From a virus (taxonomy: Duplodnaviria; Caudoviricetes), in IMG/VR virus record IMGVR_UViG_3300032253_000025, positions 1 through 34,635 of that record: a stretch of DNA of 34,635 nt; one strand, written 5' to 3'. The notes under the pieces were generated by a model. The model was not told the origin of the DNA and searched no databases. It saw only the letters and a list, made by a program, of their open reading frames with translations. Shown piece by piece: positions 17,534 through 26,784 of this stretch; the stretch's first letter is position 1; each line of letters starts with the position of its first letter. The position numbers were made by a program, and so were the translations under genes.

Positions 17534-17895
17534 TGAGAGATATTAAGTTCAGGGCGTGGAATGGAGTGGACTGGCTTAACCTAGATGAATGGCCTATTAA
17601 TGATATTAATATTAATGATGACGTTAAGTTCAGTCAATTCACCGGCCTGCAAGACAAGAACGGCGTTGATATTTATGAGGGGGATATAATTATTTGCGAC
17701 CAAACCGATATAGGGGGAGATAAATTTCTAGCAGAAGTTATGTATATTTCAGATATCACCTTAGCTAGAACAGTAGGCTTTGGTTTATGGGCAATTCCTA
17801 ACAAGGGTTATGCTCACTTGGATTTTGGTACTTATGAAATAATCGGCAACATATACGAAAACCCTGAATTATTAACAAAGGACAGTAAACAATGA
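17530..17895 (+). CDS. YopX family protein
   Basis: MRDIKFRAW, QFTGLQDKNGVDIYEGDII, EIIGNIYENPELL. Confidence 0.9.
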   Translation: MMRDIKFRAWNGVDWLNLDEWPINDININDDVKFSQFTGLQDKNGVDIYEGDIIICDQTDIGGDKFLAEVMYISDITLARTVGFGLWAIPNKGYAHLDFGTYEIIGNIYENPELLTKDSKQ

Positions 17896-18170
17896 AATAC
17901 TTATTAATATTAATCCTGTTAATTCCAGCAACATCAAGCGCGATAGACAAAGATAAACGCGGCCATTTTAAAGCAGGACTGATAATCGGCTTCACTATTA
18001 CGCTGGGAACGAAAAAGCCGAAGTATGGGTTTATGACCGGGTGTGCTGTTGGGCTTGCAAAAGAGAGCTATGACGCCACCGGACGCGGTACGGTTGAGTT
18101 TGCAGACTTCGCGGCCACTTGTGCGGGGGCGGGTGTTTCGTCCTGGTTGCTGGGGAAGGTGTTGAAATGA
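17892..18170 (+). CDS. YfiM/DUF2279-like membrane or exported protein
   Basis: Signal peptide, DK..HF, G.AKE.YD, DF.AT..G pattern. Confidence 0.65.
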   Translation: MKYLLILILLIPATSSAIDKDKRGHFKAGLIIGFTITLGTKKPKYGFMTGCAVGLAKESYDATGRGTVEFADFAATCAGAGVSSWLLGKVLK

Positions 18171-18436
18171 ATGATCTTAATTTATGGTTTGGTTTAAGCT
18201 ATGCGAGCTGGTTAACTTTGCCACGGGTTTTAATGCAAGATATGTCAGAAGAATGGCAGCAAAAAATGGCCGACTTATTATTTGAATATGATAAAACTTA
18301 TCAAAATATGCCTAATCTTGGAACGCGGGTTCAAATAACTAAAAATAATAAATTAGTCAAAACGCCCAGCGAGTTAATTAGTTATCGCCGTCCAGACAAA
18401 ACGTGGGTAAATTCCCTAAAGAATCAAGTCAATTAA
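18167..18436 (+). CDS. Hypothetical phage protein
   Basis: ATGA overlap; WFGLSYAS.L.LPRVLMQ.M..EWQ motif. Confidence 0.7.
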   Translation: MNDLNLWFGLSYASWLTLPRVLMQDMSEEWQQKMADLLFEYDKTYQNMPNLGTRVQITKNNKLVKTPSELISYRRPDKTWVNSLKNQVN

Positions 18437-18439
18437 TAA

Positions 18440-18694
18440 TTAATGCGTACTCTCAATAATAGCTTCCAAGGTCTTGATGTGTGATTTCAGCCGTGAATCA
18501 TTAATCACCATTTTTCGGTGAAGTTCCGGCCTGTTGGTTTTTAACCACAAATTATCCGCGTCTGTGATTAATTGCAGGATCGGACGACCTGGTAGCAGTA
18601 ATGGCGACGGCTTAACGATTACCGGATCAGTACAACTAATAATCGTTGAAAGTGTTATGGCCAGTGTTAGCGTTTTCAATAGCTTGCTTTTCAC
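18440..18694 (-). CDS. Putative o-spanin (Rz1-like lipoprotein)
   Basis: Lipobox-like IIS-C followed by Pro-rich segment; overlaps the i-spanin 3' end in another frame; GTG start inferred. Confidence 0.7.
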   Translation of the reverse strand: MKSKLLKTLTLAITLSTIISCTDPVIVKPSPLLLPGRPILQLITDADNLWLKTNRPELHRKMVINDSRLKSHIKTLEAIIESTH

Positions 18695-18881
18695 GTTCCT
18701 GTCCCTCTTTGATTGCGTTTGCGTAGGCTTCATCGGCTTTAACTACTGCGTCCCGCTGTGCCTCGGCTGCCTGTTTGTCACGCTCTGAGAGCTTACGTGC
18801 TGCACGATCTTTGCCAGCCTTGAACCATATAGCCAGAAATCCCATAAGCGCCGCAAACCCTGCCAGAATCTTGTTAAACAT
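18636..18881 (-). CDS. Putative i-spanin (Rz-like)
   Basis: N-terminal TM (MFNKILAGFAALMGFLAIWF) then a coiled coil. Confidence 0.72.
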   Translation of the reverse strand: MFNKILAGFAALMGFLAIWFKAGKDRAARKLSERDKQAAEAQRDAVVKADEAYANAIKEGQEREKQAIENANTGHNTFNDY

Positions 18882-19089
18882 CGCCTTTGTCCTTGTAATG
18901 ATCTTTGCGCCACTCACGCCCCAGCCAGATAGCCATTATTGCAGCAAAGGCTATTCCGAAATCCTGTGCTGACATTGGGGGAAATGAAAGGCCGGAAATG
19001 GTTAACCCTGCAAAGAAAAACTTAATTAGCAAAATAACCGCCGCAGGCCAGACGAATTTTAATGTTGTAGACTCGCGCCATGATTTCAT
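18874..19089 (-). CDS. Putative two-TM holin
   Basis: Two hydrophobic segments and a charged C-tail (REWRKDHYKDKGDV); located in the lysis cassette. Confidence 0.6.
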   Translation of the reverse strand: MKSWRESTTLKFVWPAAVILLIKFFFAGLTISGLSFPPMSAQDFGIAFAAIMAIWLGREWRKDHYKDKGDV

Positions 19090-19208
19090 AACACCCACCA
19101 TACAAGAATAACACCACACGCCCCGGACAATGCGCCGAGATTGAACGCTTTTGAACGCTCAGAAAGGCCTGAGTACCAGGTTCTGATATCTGAAATTAGT
19201 TTTTTCAT
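19086..19208 (-). CDS. Small membrane protein in the lysis cassette (40 aa)
   Basis: ATGA overlaps at both ends; MKKLISDIRTWYSGLSERSKAFNLGALSGACGVILVWWVL. Confidence 0.55.
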   Translation of the reverse strand: MKKLISDIRTWYSGLSERSKAFNLGALSGACGVILVWWVL

Positions 19209-19633
19209 GGAATCCTCCAGCTAATAATAATGCCGTGTTGCTTCGTCTTTCTTAACTTCTCAATAACATTGTACGTGGTATCTCTTGACCGACTGACAGC
19301 CCACTCACCGTTCAAACAGCTTAAAGACGCACCAAACGCCATGCAGCCGGATAACTCTTGTGCGCGGTTCGCAGGGTGCATTACACACGCATAACGGCCT
19401 GTATCGTGCTTGCTTAAATGTACGTCTAATTCAGGGGCAAAGAACACAAAGGTGTTTTTGTACTTTGTGCCGTCGTGATTGACTAAACTATACTGCCCCG
19501 CAGGGATACAGGAATGAAACGGAATATTATCATTCCACGGCTGCTCGATTGAATAGGCTATATGATGGCCGTTCTCCATTACCTCACCGAATACCCCCAT
19601 CGGAGAAGCACAAAAACGCTCGATGGAGATCAT
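19205..19633 (-). CDS. DUF5675-like protein, putative endolysin
   Basis: E.PW.DN....SCIPAG.Y and HPAN...L.GC motifs; occupies the endolysin position. Confidence 0.75.
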   Translation of the reverse strand: MISIERFCASPMGVFGEVMENGHHIAYSIEQPWNDNIPFHSCIPAGQYSLVNHDGTKYKNTFVFFAPELDVHLSKHDTGRYACVMHPANRAQELSGCMAFGASLSCLNGEWAVSRSRDTTYNVIEKLRKTKQHGIIISWRIP

Positions 19634-19911
19634 CTTTTTCTCATTTCGTGCTTGATTTCTTCAAGCAGTTTGTTGGTATTTTGCAATGTCACCTCAAGCC
19701 TGATTACGCGCTCTGTGACAACCCGGTTCATATTTCGCGTGTTTTCAATGCCTGTTAATCTCACGCTGTTTGTTTCTTCTAAGTGACTGACTCTATTTGA
19801 TATGTCAGACGCGAACCAGAACGCCCCCGCTGTTTGTACCAGAATTGCAAAAATCAAGCTGACTGGTACTTTTTTGTCTAAATGCCAATGGTTCTCATTT
19901 TCTGGACTCAT
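19630..19911 (-). CDS. Single-TM coiled-coil protein (holin/antiholin-like)
   Basis: WHLDKKVPVSLIFAILVQT TM segment then a coiled coil; first gene of the lysis cassette. Confidence 0.6.
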   Translation of the reverse strand: MSPENENHWHLDKKVPVSLIFAILVQTAGAFWFASDISNRVSHLEETNSVRLTGIENTRNMNRVVTERVIRLEVTLQNTNKLLEEIKHEMRKR

Positions 19912-20150
19912 TATATTTTCACCTTTTTTATTGTTGCTGAATCCGTTGCCGCGTCAATTTGTGCAATCTGCGGGGCTAACATCTGGTCGATTTTTTCGCG
20001 CCTTAATTTTTCCTTGTGCAATTCCTTTTCCTTTTGTAATTGTTCAGCAATTAACGCCGCGTCGTTTGCCGCCCATTGCGCACGTGTGGCTGCTTCTTCG
20101 TCGTCTGGCATCAATACCCGCTTACCATCAACATTTTTAAATAAGGCCAT
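19911..20150 (-). CDS. Putative tail fibre assembly protein
   Basis: Follows the fibre gene; VDG....M..DEEA and QIDAATD pattern. Confidence 0.5.
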   Translation of the reverse strand: MALFKNVDGKRVLMPDDEEAATRAQWAANDAALIAEQLQKEKELHKEKLRREKIDQMLAPQIAQIDAATDSATIKKVKI

Positions 20151-20151
20151 T

Positions 20152-20787
20152 TTATTTTATCCCGTATAGCTTGAGGGTTCCGGTGCTAATATTGCCCGAC
20201 GCCATGAGAAAGCGAATGCCTGTAAACGCTGCCGCGCTATTCTCAAACCCACAAAAGCGAGTGTCCGCTATATCTATCGCACTATTTATTCCGGTCATTC
20301 TGCCGGAAACGCGCGCGTATTTTGTAGCGCTTGGTTTGTGAAGATAGACAATACCAGAACAGCTTCCATTTGCACTATTGCCTGCTGCGGCCATTGCCAC
20401 AATGTGCGATGCTGATACCGACGAACTGGACGTTGTGCCATCGTAATAGTATTCATATGTCGCGCCCGTTTTCCATGAAGTTGTATATACTTGAATCCTG
20501 AACTCGCCCGACGTTACGGGAAGTAAATCCTCTATCACAATTGCATATGTGTCGTATGTCGAATCAATCAGGCTAGTAAATTCAACATTTGCCACCGCGC
20601 TGACGGTCTGCGTTGCCAATAAAACCCCCATGAAATCGTCTGCAAGCGCGGCCGTGGCAATAGACGGCGCGCCTGCTGCGCCCTCAGTTATTGCTATTGG
20701 GTTGTCCCGTAACAACGCCATTAAAGACGCGGTAATGGGGCTTTCTGGGTCAATATCGCTCCCAGGTATGGCTGTGTATGTAGTCAT
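20152..20787 (-). CDS. Short tail fibre / receptor-binding protein
   Basis: DPESPIT..LM..LRDNPIAI.EGA.GAP anchor; C-terminal IDSTYDTY...GIRF...SGNI.TGT.KLYG domain. Confidence 0.65.
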   Translation of the reverse strand: MTTYTAIPGSDIDPESPITASLMALLRDNPIAITEGAAGAPSIATAALADDFMGVLLATQTVSAVANVEFTSLIDSTYDTYAIVIEDLLPVTSGEFRIQVYTTSWKTGATYEYYYDGTTSSSSVSASHIVAMAAAGNSANGSCSGIVYLHKPSATKYARVSGRMTGINSAIDIADTRFCGFENSAAAFTGIRFLMASGNISTGTLKLYGIK

Positions 20788-20807
20788 TAATTAAACCTCT
20801 GTAAGTA

Positions 20808-22526
20808 TTATATAACCTTATGCCCTTCTGTGCCATCTGCGAAAAGGCCTGTATTTAAACAAACGAAAGCATAAGATTCCTTATTTGTTGCCGATTCTGC
20901 TGAATAATCGCCCATCGTGTTAGCGGCTATAAACGCATATCGCCCGCTATATTCCTGCGTTAACGCCATGTAAGACAGTTTTTTATCAGATTCTTTGTAC
21001 TCGACGATCTGCGCCCGCGTGGCCATATTGCTGCCGTCCACGTCTTGCAAATGCCGCGTTGTAATGTCGATTAAATCCCCCGGCCTGATTGCCTGATCCT
21101 TTAAATCCAGGTCGAAAGATATCGCCTTTGGGCTGTCCTTGAAGCGCGCCAGGTAACGCCCGGCCAATTGGTTGGCCTGTGCGTCGCTGCTGATCCAGCG
21201 GGACTTAATCACTTTCACTTGTTTTTCGCCGTACTGGTCGGCCCCTTCTTTGGTTAAATCGGCCGATATATTCAAATTTTGATAATTAGTATCCGCTTCC
21301 TGCGTGTGGTCGCCAATGTTCCAATAGACCCAAACCTGACTGACGCGCTGCTTTTTTTCGTCCGTGATTTTTGCCGAATCGGCTAAAATATCATATTCGC
21401 CGATGGCCGTCGGATTAACATTCAACAATGGCGGGGCTATGGCCTTTAATTTAATTTCCTGCGCGCTCTCAGACCAGTACACGTTTAAATGACCCTGAAT
21501 TGTTAGCTCGCCAAGTAATTTATCCACGCCCTCGGGCTTTGATATAATCGCGGTAAAATTAGACGATGATAACCATAGATTCTTTTCTGTTGTCCAGTCT
21601 GCCGACGGGATATAGCCCGACGCTATTCCGGCGTAAGTCGTCAATAAATCGTCAATAATATCGGTGACATTTTCATTAGTGTAAACTTTACACTCTTGAA
21701 ATAAATCATCTGCGCTGTGATCGCTGGCCGTTGTACCCCATTGGGACCGCGCGGTAATGGTCACCGCGTCGCCTGATCGGGTGAAGGTCACTATTTCGTC
21801 ACCGATGCGGGCCGTACCACTCGCCGCATATTCACTGCTGCCAATTCCTGCGGGTGTCAGGGTTAACGATGAATCAACCGCCGTTATATCTGCTAATAAT
21901 TTGCCCGCATTCGCCACGGGGCATTGTGCGCGGTCTGAGTCGGCCTTTTTTAATAAGTCTTTTCCAATTATGGTCACATCGCCGTTTTTATCACGATCAA
22001 ATTTTTCGATAATATAAACGCGGTCCTCGAAATTGTTCCAGTCAAACGGATCGGTTATGTATCCTTGTCTGACCTTAATCAACCGGCCGACATAATAGGG
22101 ATTTCTTGCAAGCAGTCTGCCGAAAAATGTACCGCTCGCCGCTGCTCTTGTGCTGACATACGGATCAATACCCCTGTCATGGTGGGGGAAGTCTTTTATT
22201 TTGATTGTTACCGCACCACGGAACCCCAGACCTTTACCTGGTTCAATCCGTGTCGGCGTAAACGTGGGCGGACTCATTAACGCCGGGATCATATCAACGC
22301 CCGCTGGTAAATTATTCCGCGCCTCACAGAATCTATATGTTTTTGTCCCGAGATTGTAATTTGCAGGGTCTTGGCAGGTTTTCCGCGTGTTGTAGCATTC
22401 ATTACCGGCCGATAACGCGGCCGTGCATGGCGATACGCCGTAGACTTCCTGACAATAATCCAATTCCAGTTCAACGACTGCGAACGGCTCACGGGCAAGC
22501 CTGGCGCTTTCTGTGGCGTATGTCAT
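20808..22526 (-). CDS. Tail tip / baseplate hub protein
   Basis: Cys cluster C...C..C..T..TC at the N-terminus; position after the distal tail gene. Confidence 0.7.
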   Translation of the reverse strand: MTYATESARLAREPFAVVELELDYCQEVYGVSPCTAALSAGNECYNTRKTCQDPANYNLGTKTYRFCEARNNLPAGVDMIPALMSPPTFTPTRIEPGKGLGFRGAVTIKIKDFPHHDRGIDPYVSTRAAASGTFFGRLLARNPYYVGRLIKVRQGYITDPFDWNNFEDRVYIIEKFDRDKNGDVTIIGKDLLKKADSDRAQCPVANAGKLLADITAVDSSLTLTPAGIGSSEYAASGTARIGDEIVTFTRSGDAVTITARSQWGTTASDHSADDLFQECKVYTNENVTDIIDDLLTTYAGIASGYIPSADWTTEKNLWLSSSNFTAIISKPEGVDKLLGELTIQGHLNVYWSESAQEIKLKAIAPPLLNVNPTAIGEYDILADSAKITDEKKQRVSQVWVYWNIGDHTQEADTNYQNLNISADLTKEGADQYGEKQVKVIKSRWISSDAQANQLAGRYLARFKDSPKAISFDLDLKDQAIRPGDLIDITTRHLQDVDGSNMATRAQIVEYKESDKKLSYMALTQEYSGRYAFIAANTMGDYSAESATNKESYAFVCLNTGLFADGTEGHKVI

Positions 22527-24316
22527 GTTATAATACGCCCGTTAACTTTTAGCGTATGTTCCATATAGTTTGTGTGTGAGTATCCCGGAATGTCTATTTT
22601 TCCGTCCGCCCAGCAAAACGCCGCTTCGTTGTTATAGTCGGCATTATCCCAACTAAAGAAAAACGGCTTGGCCTGTGCATGTTCAAGGAATGGAATATAG
22701 CTGGCCCTGATAAAAGACGGTTCCATAAATGATTGCTTTATATCAAATGAAACGCCATACCTAACCAACGACCGGCCAATAAATGCCCCGTTATCACTGA
22801 TCGAGTTTATATATTCGTCTTCATTGCCAAAAATGGGCGGTTTAAATCCTGGCATCATGCCGTTTTCAAGTTCAAGCGATGCACCGAAGGAAACTACGCC
22901 AGCATAGCCGATATTATTTGAAACAGCGGCCGTGGTGGTTACTTGATAGGCTCCCGCGCTGGGTGCATTTTCTAACTGTGCGCCCCATATATAAACAAGG
23001 CTCGCGCCGTCTCCTGTATAAGCTGTCACATTATCGCCGTTAGCTATAAATATATAAAAGTTATCAGTTCCAGCGGTTAAACTCATAGTAACTGAACAGC
23101 GATAAAAACCGTTAGAATCCAAAACCATCGAACCTGTGCAGAGAACCTCTGTACCGACCACTCCTGTGCTAACATTAAACCAAGCATGGTTTGTCCCGGT
23201 TCCGATTCGAATCCAGTCACGTGTACCCGCCTTTGCATAGACTGACAAAGTATGATCTGCGGTTGCGTATGTATAAGACTGATATGTTCCCTTTTGTCCT
23301 GATCCTGAATCCTCAATTAAACTATCTGCTGTTGTTGTTCCGTCCGGTGCTGTTGCTGAATTTGCAGCAATGGAAAAAGTCGAGCCAAGCCAAGCCGCAT
23401 TATCAAACTGCTCAGAATACGTTAAAAGGTTCTGTTTAGCGTAAAACTTAACTTTCCAATATTTCGCGCCGTTGTCGAATGGATCAGCAATGGTTTTTAT
23501 ATACGTTCCCGCCGTGGCGCTTTCCTCAAGTTGTGCGCCCCATGCGTGAATAGTCCGAGCGACTGAATCACGTGTGACAAGATAAATATATATGGCATTA
23601 TCTGTGCTTAATCCTGACAATGTTACGGTTTTAGTAAATCTTTGCCATGTAGTACCGATTGATACTGTTTCCTCTGAGTTGAATTCAGAGTCAGGAGCGC
23701 CACCGCCAGCCGTTACCATCTGAATATTTACGTTGGTTGCTGATGCTGCTTTCAAATAAATGCTAAAAGTAAACATGTCACCATTTGCAGCAGAAACCCC
23801 CGCTGACCTAACATTTGCACTTGATACAGCCGCATAAGTCAAAACGTCGGCCGTGGTTGTTCCGTCCGGTGCTGCTATAGTATCCGCTGTTATTGTAACG
23901 CTGCTCTTGCTCCAAGCCGCATTACTAAAATCCTCAGAATACGTCAAAAGATTCTGACCTAAAACAGGCATTTGCATATAGCCCACGCGGTTTGTAGTCG
24001 GGGCAAATATACTGCTTAATCCATAAGGATCGGCAAGCGTGCGGCCCAGCGGGATATAGTCTGTACCATCACCATAAAACAACTGCGCACGCGCGCCGTT
24101 TTCGCCCAGCGTATGCCCGGCAATGGCTAAATAGTCCGCGTTTTTATAGGTAGAAAAGGAGCAGTTTATTTCTGCATTTCCAGCCGCGTTAGGCTTCCAC
24201 CAATCATATAAAAGCCAATCAAACACGTTTTCAACGTCAAAGCCTGTCGCCTCACTGGATGCGGTAACGGTTCCGGTTTCAAGTAAATTTGTATAACCTA
24301 TTCGGGGCTTGCTCAT
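22523..24316 (-). CDS. Distal tail protein with two inserted carbohydrate-binding-like domains
   Basis: Follows the tape measure gene; two QNLLTYSE.F.NAAW..APDGTTTAD..WGAQLE domains. Confidence 0.7.
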   Translation of the reverse strand: MSKPRIGYTNLLETGTVTASSEATGFDVENVFDWLLYDWWKPNAAGNAEINCSFSTYKNADYLAIAGHTLGENGARAQLFYGDGTDYIPLGRTLADPYGLSSIFAPTTNRVGYMQMPVLGQNLLTYSEDFSNAAWSKSSVTITADTIAAPDGTTTADVLTYAAVSSANVRSAGVSAANGDMFTFSIYLKAASATNVNIQMVTAGGGAPDSEFNSEETVSIGTTWQRFTKTVTLSGLSTDNAIYIYLVTRDSVARTIHAWGAQLEESATAGTYIKTIADPFDNGAKYWKVKFYAKQNLLTYSEQFDNAAWLGSTFSIAANSATAPDGTTTADSLIEDSGSGQKGTYQSYTYATADHTLSVYAKAGTRDWIRIGTGTNHAWFNVSTGVVGTEVLCTGSMVLDSNGFYRCSVTMSLTAGTDNFYIFIANGDNVTAYTGDGASLVYIWGAQLENAPSAGAYQVTTTAAVSNNIGYAGVVSFGASLELENGMMPGFKPPIFGNEDEYINSISDNGAFIGRSLVRYGVSFDIKQSFMEPSFIRASYIPFLEHAQAKPFFFSWDNADYNNEAAFCWADGKIDIPGYSHTNYMEHTLKVNGRIIT

Positions 24317-26475
24317 GTAAACACCACATTGTCGCCGGTTTCTTCGGCTATTTGTTCCATTAAGTTTCTGACCGCCTGCTTCGAGTATAACCGATCCTCG
24401 TCACCGAGATTTATAGTAATTACTCGCGCCTGCCCGCCTTGCCCATTCGGCAAAACGGGCGTTTCACCGCTTAACGGGATTTGCCCCGGCGATTGTGGCG
24501 CGCCGCCACCTCCCACGCTCGGGGCGCTGCTACCACCGCCAAACTTGGCAGACTTGATCGCGTTAATCTGTGCGGCTCCCTGTGCGGCCATAAGCCCCGC
24601 CGGGATCAAGCCCCACGGATACCCGCCACCGTTTTTAAATGATGATATAATGGCGCTTGGCAATTCTGCGGCCGCCGTTGCAAGCGCAAGCGCCTTGTTA
24701 ATATTAAACATTTTCTTTGATTGCTGCGCGGCCGCGTTTGTAGCCTTCGCGCCTGCCGACAAAGCCCCGCGCAAATCACGATCCCTGACCGCCATAGCGA
24801 ACGCTTCATTGTCGGTTAATCCACGTTGCTTTATATCATTCAGATTTTTCTGATGCTGTTCCTCAAGTTGTTCAACCTGTGTCTTATAGTTGGCCTCGGT
24901 TGTTAGCTTGAGCGCTAATGCCTGGTCCAAAATAGCTTGTTTTTTCTGGAAACTTAATGTTTCCAGTTCCGCTTCTGATAAAAATGACTCATTCAGCGCG
25001 GCATATCGTGATTGTAGCCGCTCGCGTAATCGCTCGGTTTCCCCTGCGGCTTCTGTTCCAATCTGTGCCAGGCTTTTTCGTTTGTCGTATTCCTGAGCCA
25101 ATGCCAAAATAGATTGCTGCCGGGCGGCCGATACCTTTTTAAGCGCCCCATATTCGATTTCATACCGAACGCGCGCGGCCTCGCCTGCCTGGCCATGTAA
25201 GTATATTTGCTGGTCAAGTCTATCTTTGAATTGCTGATACGCTTTATCTGCGGCCGGGTCTGTTGCTGTTGGCCCGCCTTTTGTAATATCCCCCGCAATG
25301 GCTCCAGCGGTTGCGCCCTCTGTCAATCTTTTCTTTGGCTGAGATATATTATTATATTGAACTATTGCAGCGTTCAATCTTTGAATTTCGCGCTCCAATT
25401 CTATTATCTGATTCCGCTGGTATTTATACCCGCCGCCGGACGCTGTGACCACTTTGGCCAATGCTAGTTGTTTTTCCTTTGCTTCTGCAAGCTGGCGTAC
25501 CATTCTATCTAATGCAAATTCTGCCCCGGTTGCCTGAGCAATAAGGATTCCAATTCCTTGTCCTGATTTATTGATAAAATTACCGATTCCAGCCGTTGCC
25601 TTTATTAATAATGACGTTATTTGAAGCAGGCCGGAGGCGATTGTCTGCAGTCCATTTGCAATGGCCGGGTCTTCAAGCGTTTCCCTCAACCCATCCAACG
25701 CGCCAACTAATTCACGGCTATCAATCGACCCGAACGTGCGCAAAGCGCTATTTTCTATCTGCTGGAATGCCTGAGAAACGGTTTTTTCTGTTTTATCAAA
25801 TTCGGCTTGAATTGCCCCGGCCTGTTTAGAAAGCGCCTTGACAACGATTTCCGTGGTTAATTTGCCCTCGTCGGCCATTTTCTTTAATTCGCCGCGCGTC
25901 ACGCCCAGACCGGCAGACAGCGCCTTGATGATGCGCGTGCCTTGTTCTGCTACTGATCGGAATTCGTCGCCGCGTAACGCCCCAGCGCCGAGCGCCTGCC
26001 CTAACTGAATGGTGGCGTTTGATGCCTCTTGAGCGCTTGCGCCACTTACGACAAAGGCTTGGCTGATTGTTTTAGTTAACCCGAGGATTTTTGTCTGTGA
26101 CAGCCCCAGGCTTTCCGTTGAGCGCGCCAGCCTTGAATATAGATTGGTAACACTATCCAGCGATCCGCGCGTATCCTGCGCCAGATTAAATAACTCACGC
26201 TGAATGTCCGCTAAGTTTTTCGCGCCTTTGGTTACATTTTTAAGCTGATTTGTTAAGTTTTGATATGCGTTAACCTGCGAGATTAATTGACGTGTAAGCG
26301 CCACAACGCCCAGCGTTGCCAGTACCGCACGTAACCCACGATAAGCCCCGGCGGTCTTTTTTGCGCCTTTGGTGTTTCTTTTTCCGGCGTCTTCAAGCCT
26401 GTCCAGTTCATGAACAGCCGCCTTGATATCATCGACTTCAATTTTTAACCCGAGCCGTGCAATGTCAGTGGCCAT
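24313..26475 (-). CDS. Tape measure protein
   Basis: QLGQALGAGALRGDEFRSVAEQ and KMADEGKLT tape-measure domain; helical, A/G-rich. Confidence 0.92.
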   Translation of the reverse strand: MATDIARLGLKIEVDDIKAAVHELDRLEDAGKRNTKGAKKTAGAYRGLRAVLATLGVVALTRQLISQVNAYQNLTNQLKNVTKGAKNLADIQRELFNLAQDTRGSLDSVTNLYSRLARSTESLGLSQTKILGLTKTISQAFVVSGASAQEASNATIQLGQALGAGALRGDEFRSVAEQGTRIIKALSAGLGVTRGELKKMADEGKLTTEIVVKALSKQAGAIQAEFDKTEKTVSQAFQQIENSALRTFGSIDSRELVGALDGLRETLEDPAIANGLQTIASGLLQITSLLIKATAGIGNFINKSGQGIGILIAQATGAEFALDRMVRQLAEAKEKQLALAKVVTASGGGYKYQRNQIIELEREIQRLNAAIVQYNNISQPKKRLTEGATAGAIAGDITKGGPTATDPAADKAYQQFKDRLDQQIYLHGQAGEAARVRYEIEYGALKKVSAARQQSILALAQEYDKRKSLAQIGTEAAGETERLRERLQSRYAALNESFLSEAELETLSFQKKQAILDQALALKLTTEANYKTQVEQLEEQHQKNLNDIKQRGLTDNEAFAMAVRDRDLRGALSAGAKATNAAAQQSKKMFNINKALALATAAAELPSAIISSFKNGGGYPWGLIPAGLMAAQGAAQINAIKSAKFGGGSSAPSVGGGGAPQSPGQIPLSGETPVLPNGQGGQARVITINLGDEDRLYSKQAVRNLMEQIAEETGDNVVFT

Positions 26476-26755
26476 TAATCCGCCTTAATTCATCAATTTC
26501 AACTATTAGTGTCGATTCCCACGGCGTTAATTGTTCGCCGGTTAAATCACAATATGCCTTTAATTCCTGATACGTTACCCGCTCACATCCTTTGCTTATA
26601 TCGGCATAACATTCCCATATATAAGACAATGCGCGCGGCAATGTCGGTTTGTTTCTCAAACCCTCCGGAATAATGCCGGACGATTTTTTCACCTGTTCCC
26701 AATGGGCTAGCCGGGTCGTTTTAGAGTCTGCGTCGGTTCCGTATGCGTAAAACAT
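26465..26755 (-). CDS. Tail assembly chaperone C-terminal (gpT-like) frame
   Basis: Y.EL.AY..LTG..L.PWE motif; reachable by -1 frameshift from the upstream ORF. Confidence 0.75.
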   Translation of the reverse strand: MFYAYGTDADSKTTRLAHWEQVKKSSGIIPEGLRNKPTLPRALSYIWECYADISKGCERVTYQELKAYCDLTGEQLTPWESTLIVEIDELRRINGH

Positions 26756-26784
26756 CCACTTTGCAAACTCTAATATTTTAGCGG

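Noticed and set aside
22931-23956. Diversity-generating retroelement TR/VR pair
   Set aside because: No reverse transcriptase gene, both copies are in-frame protein domains, and their differences are far beyond adenine-specific changes
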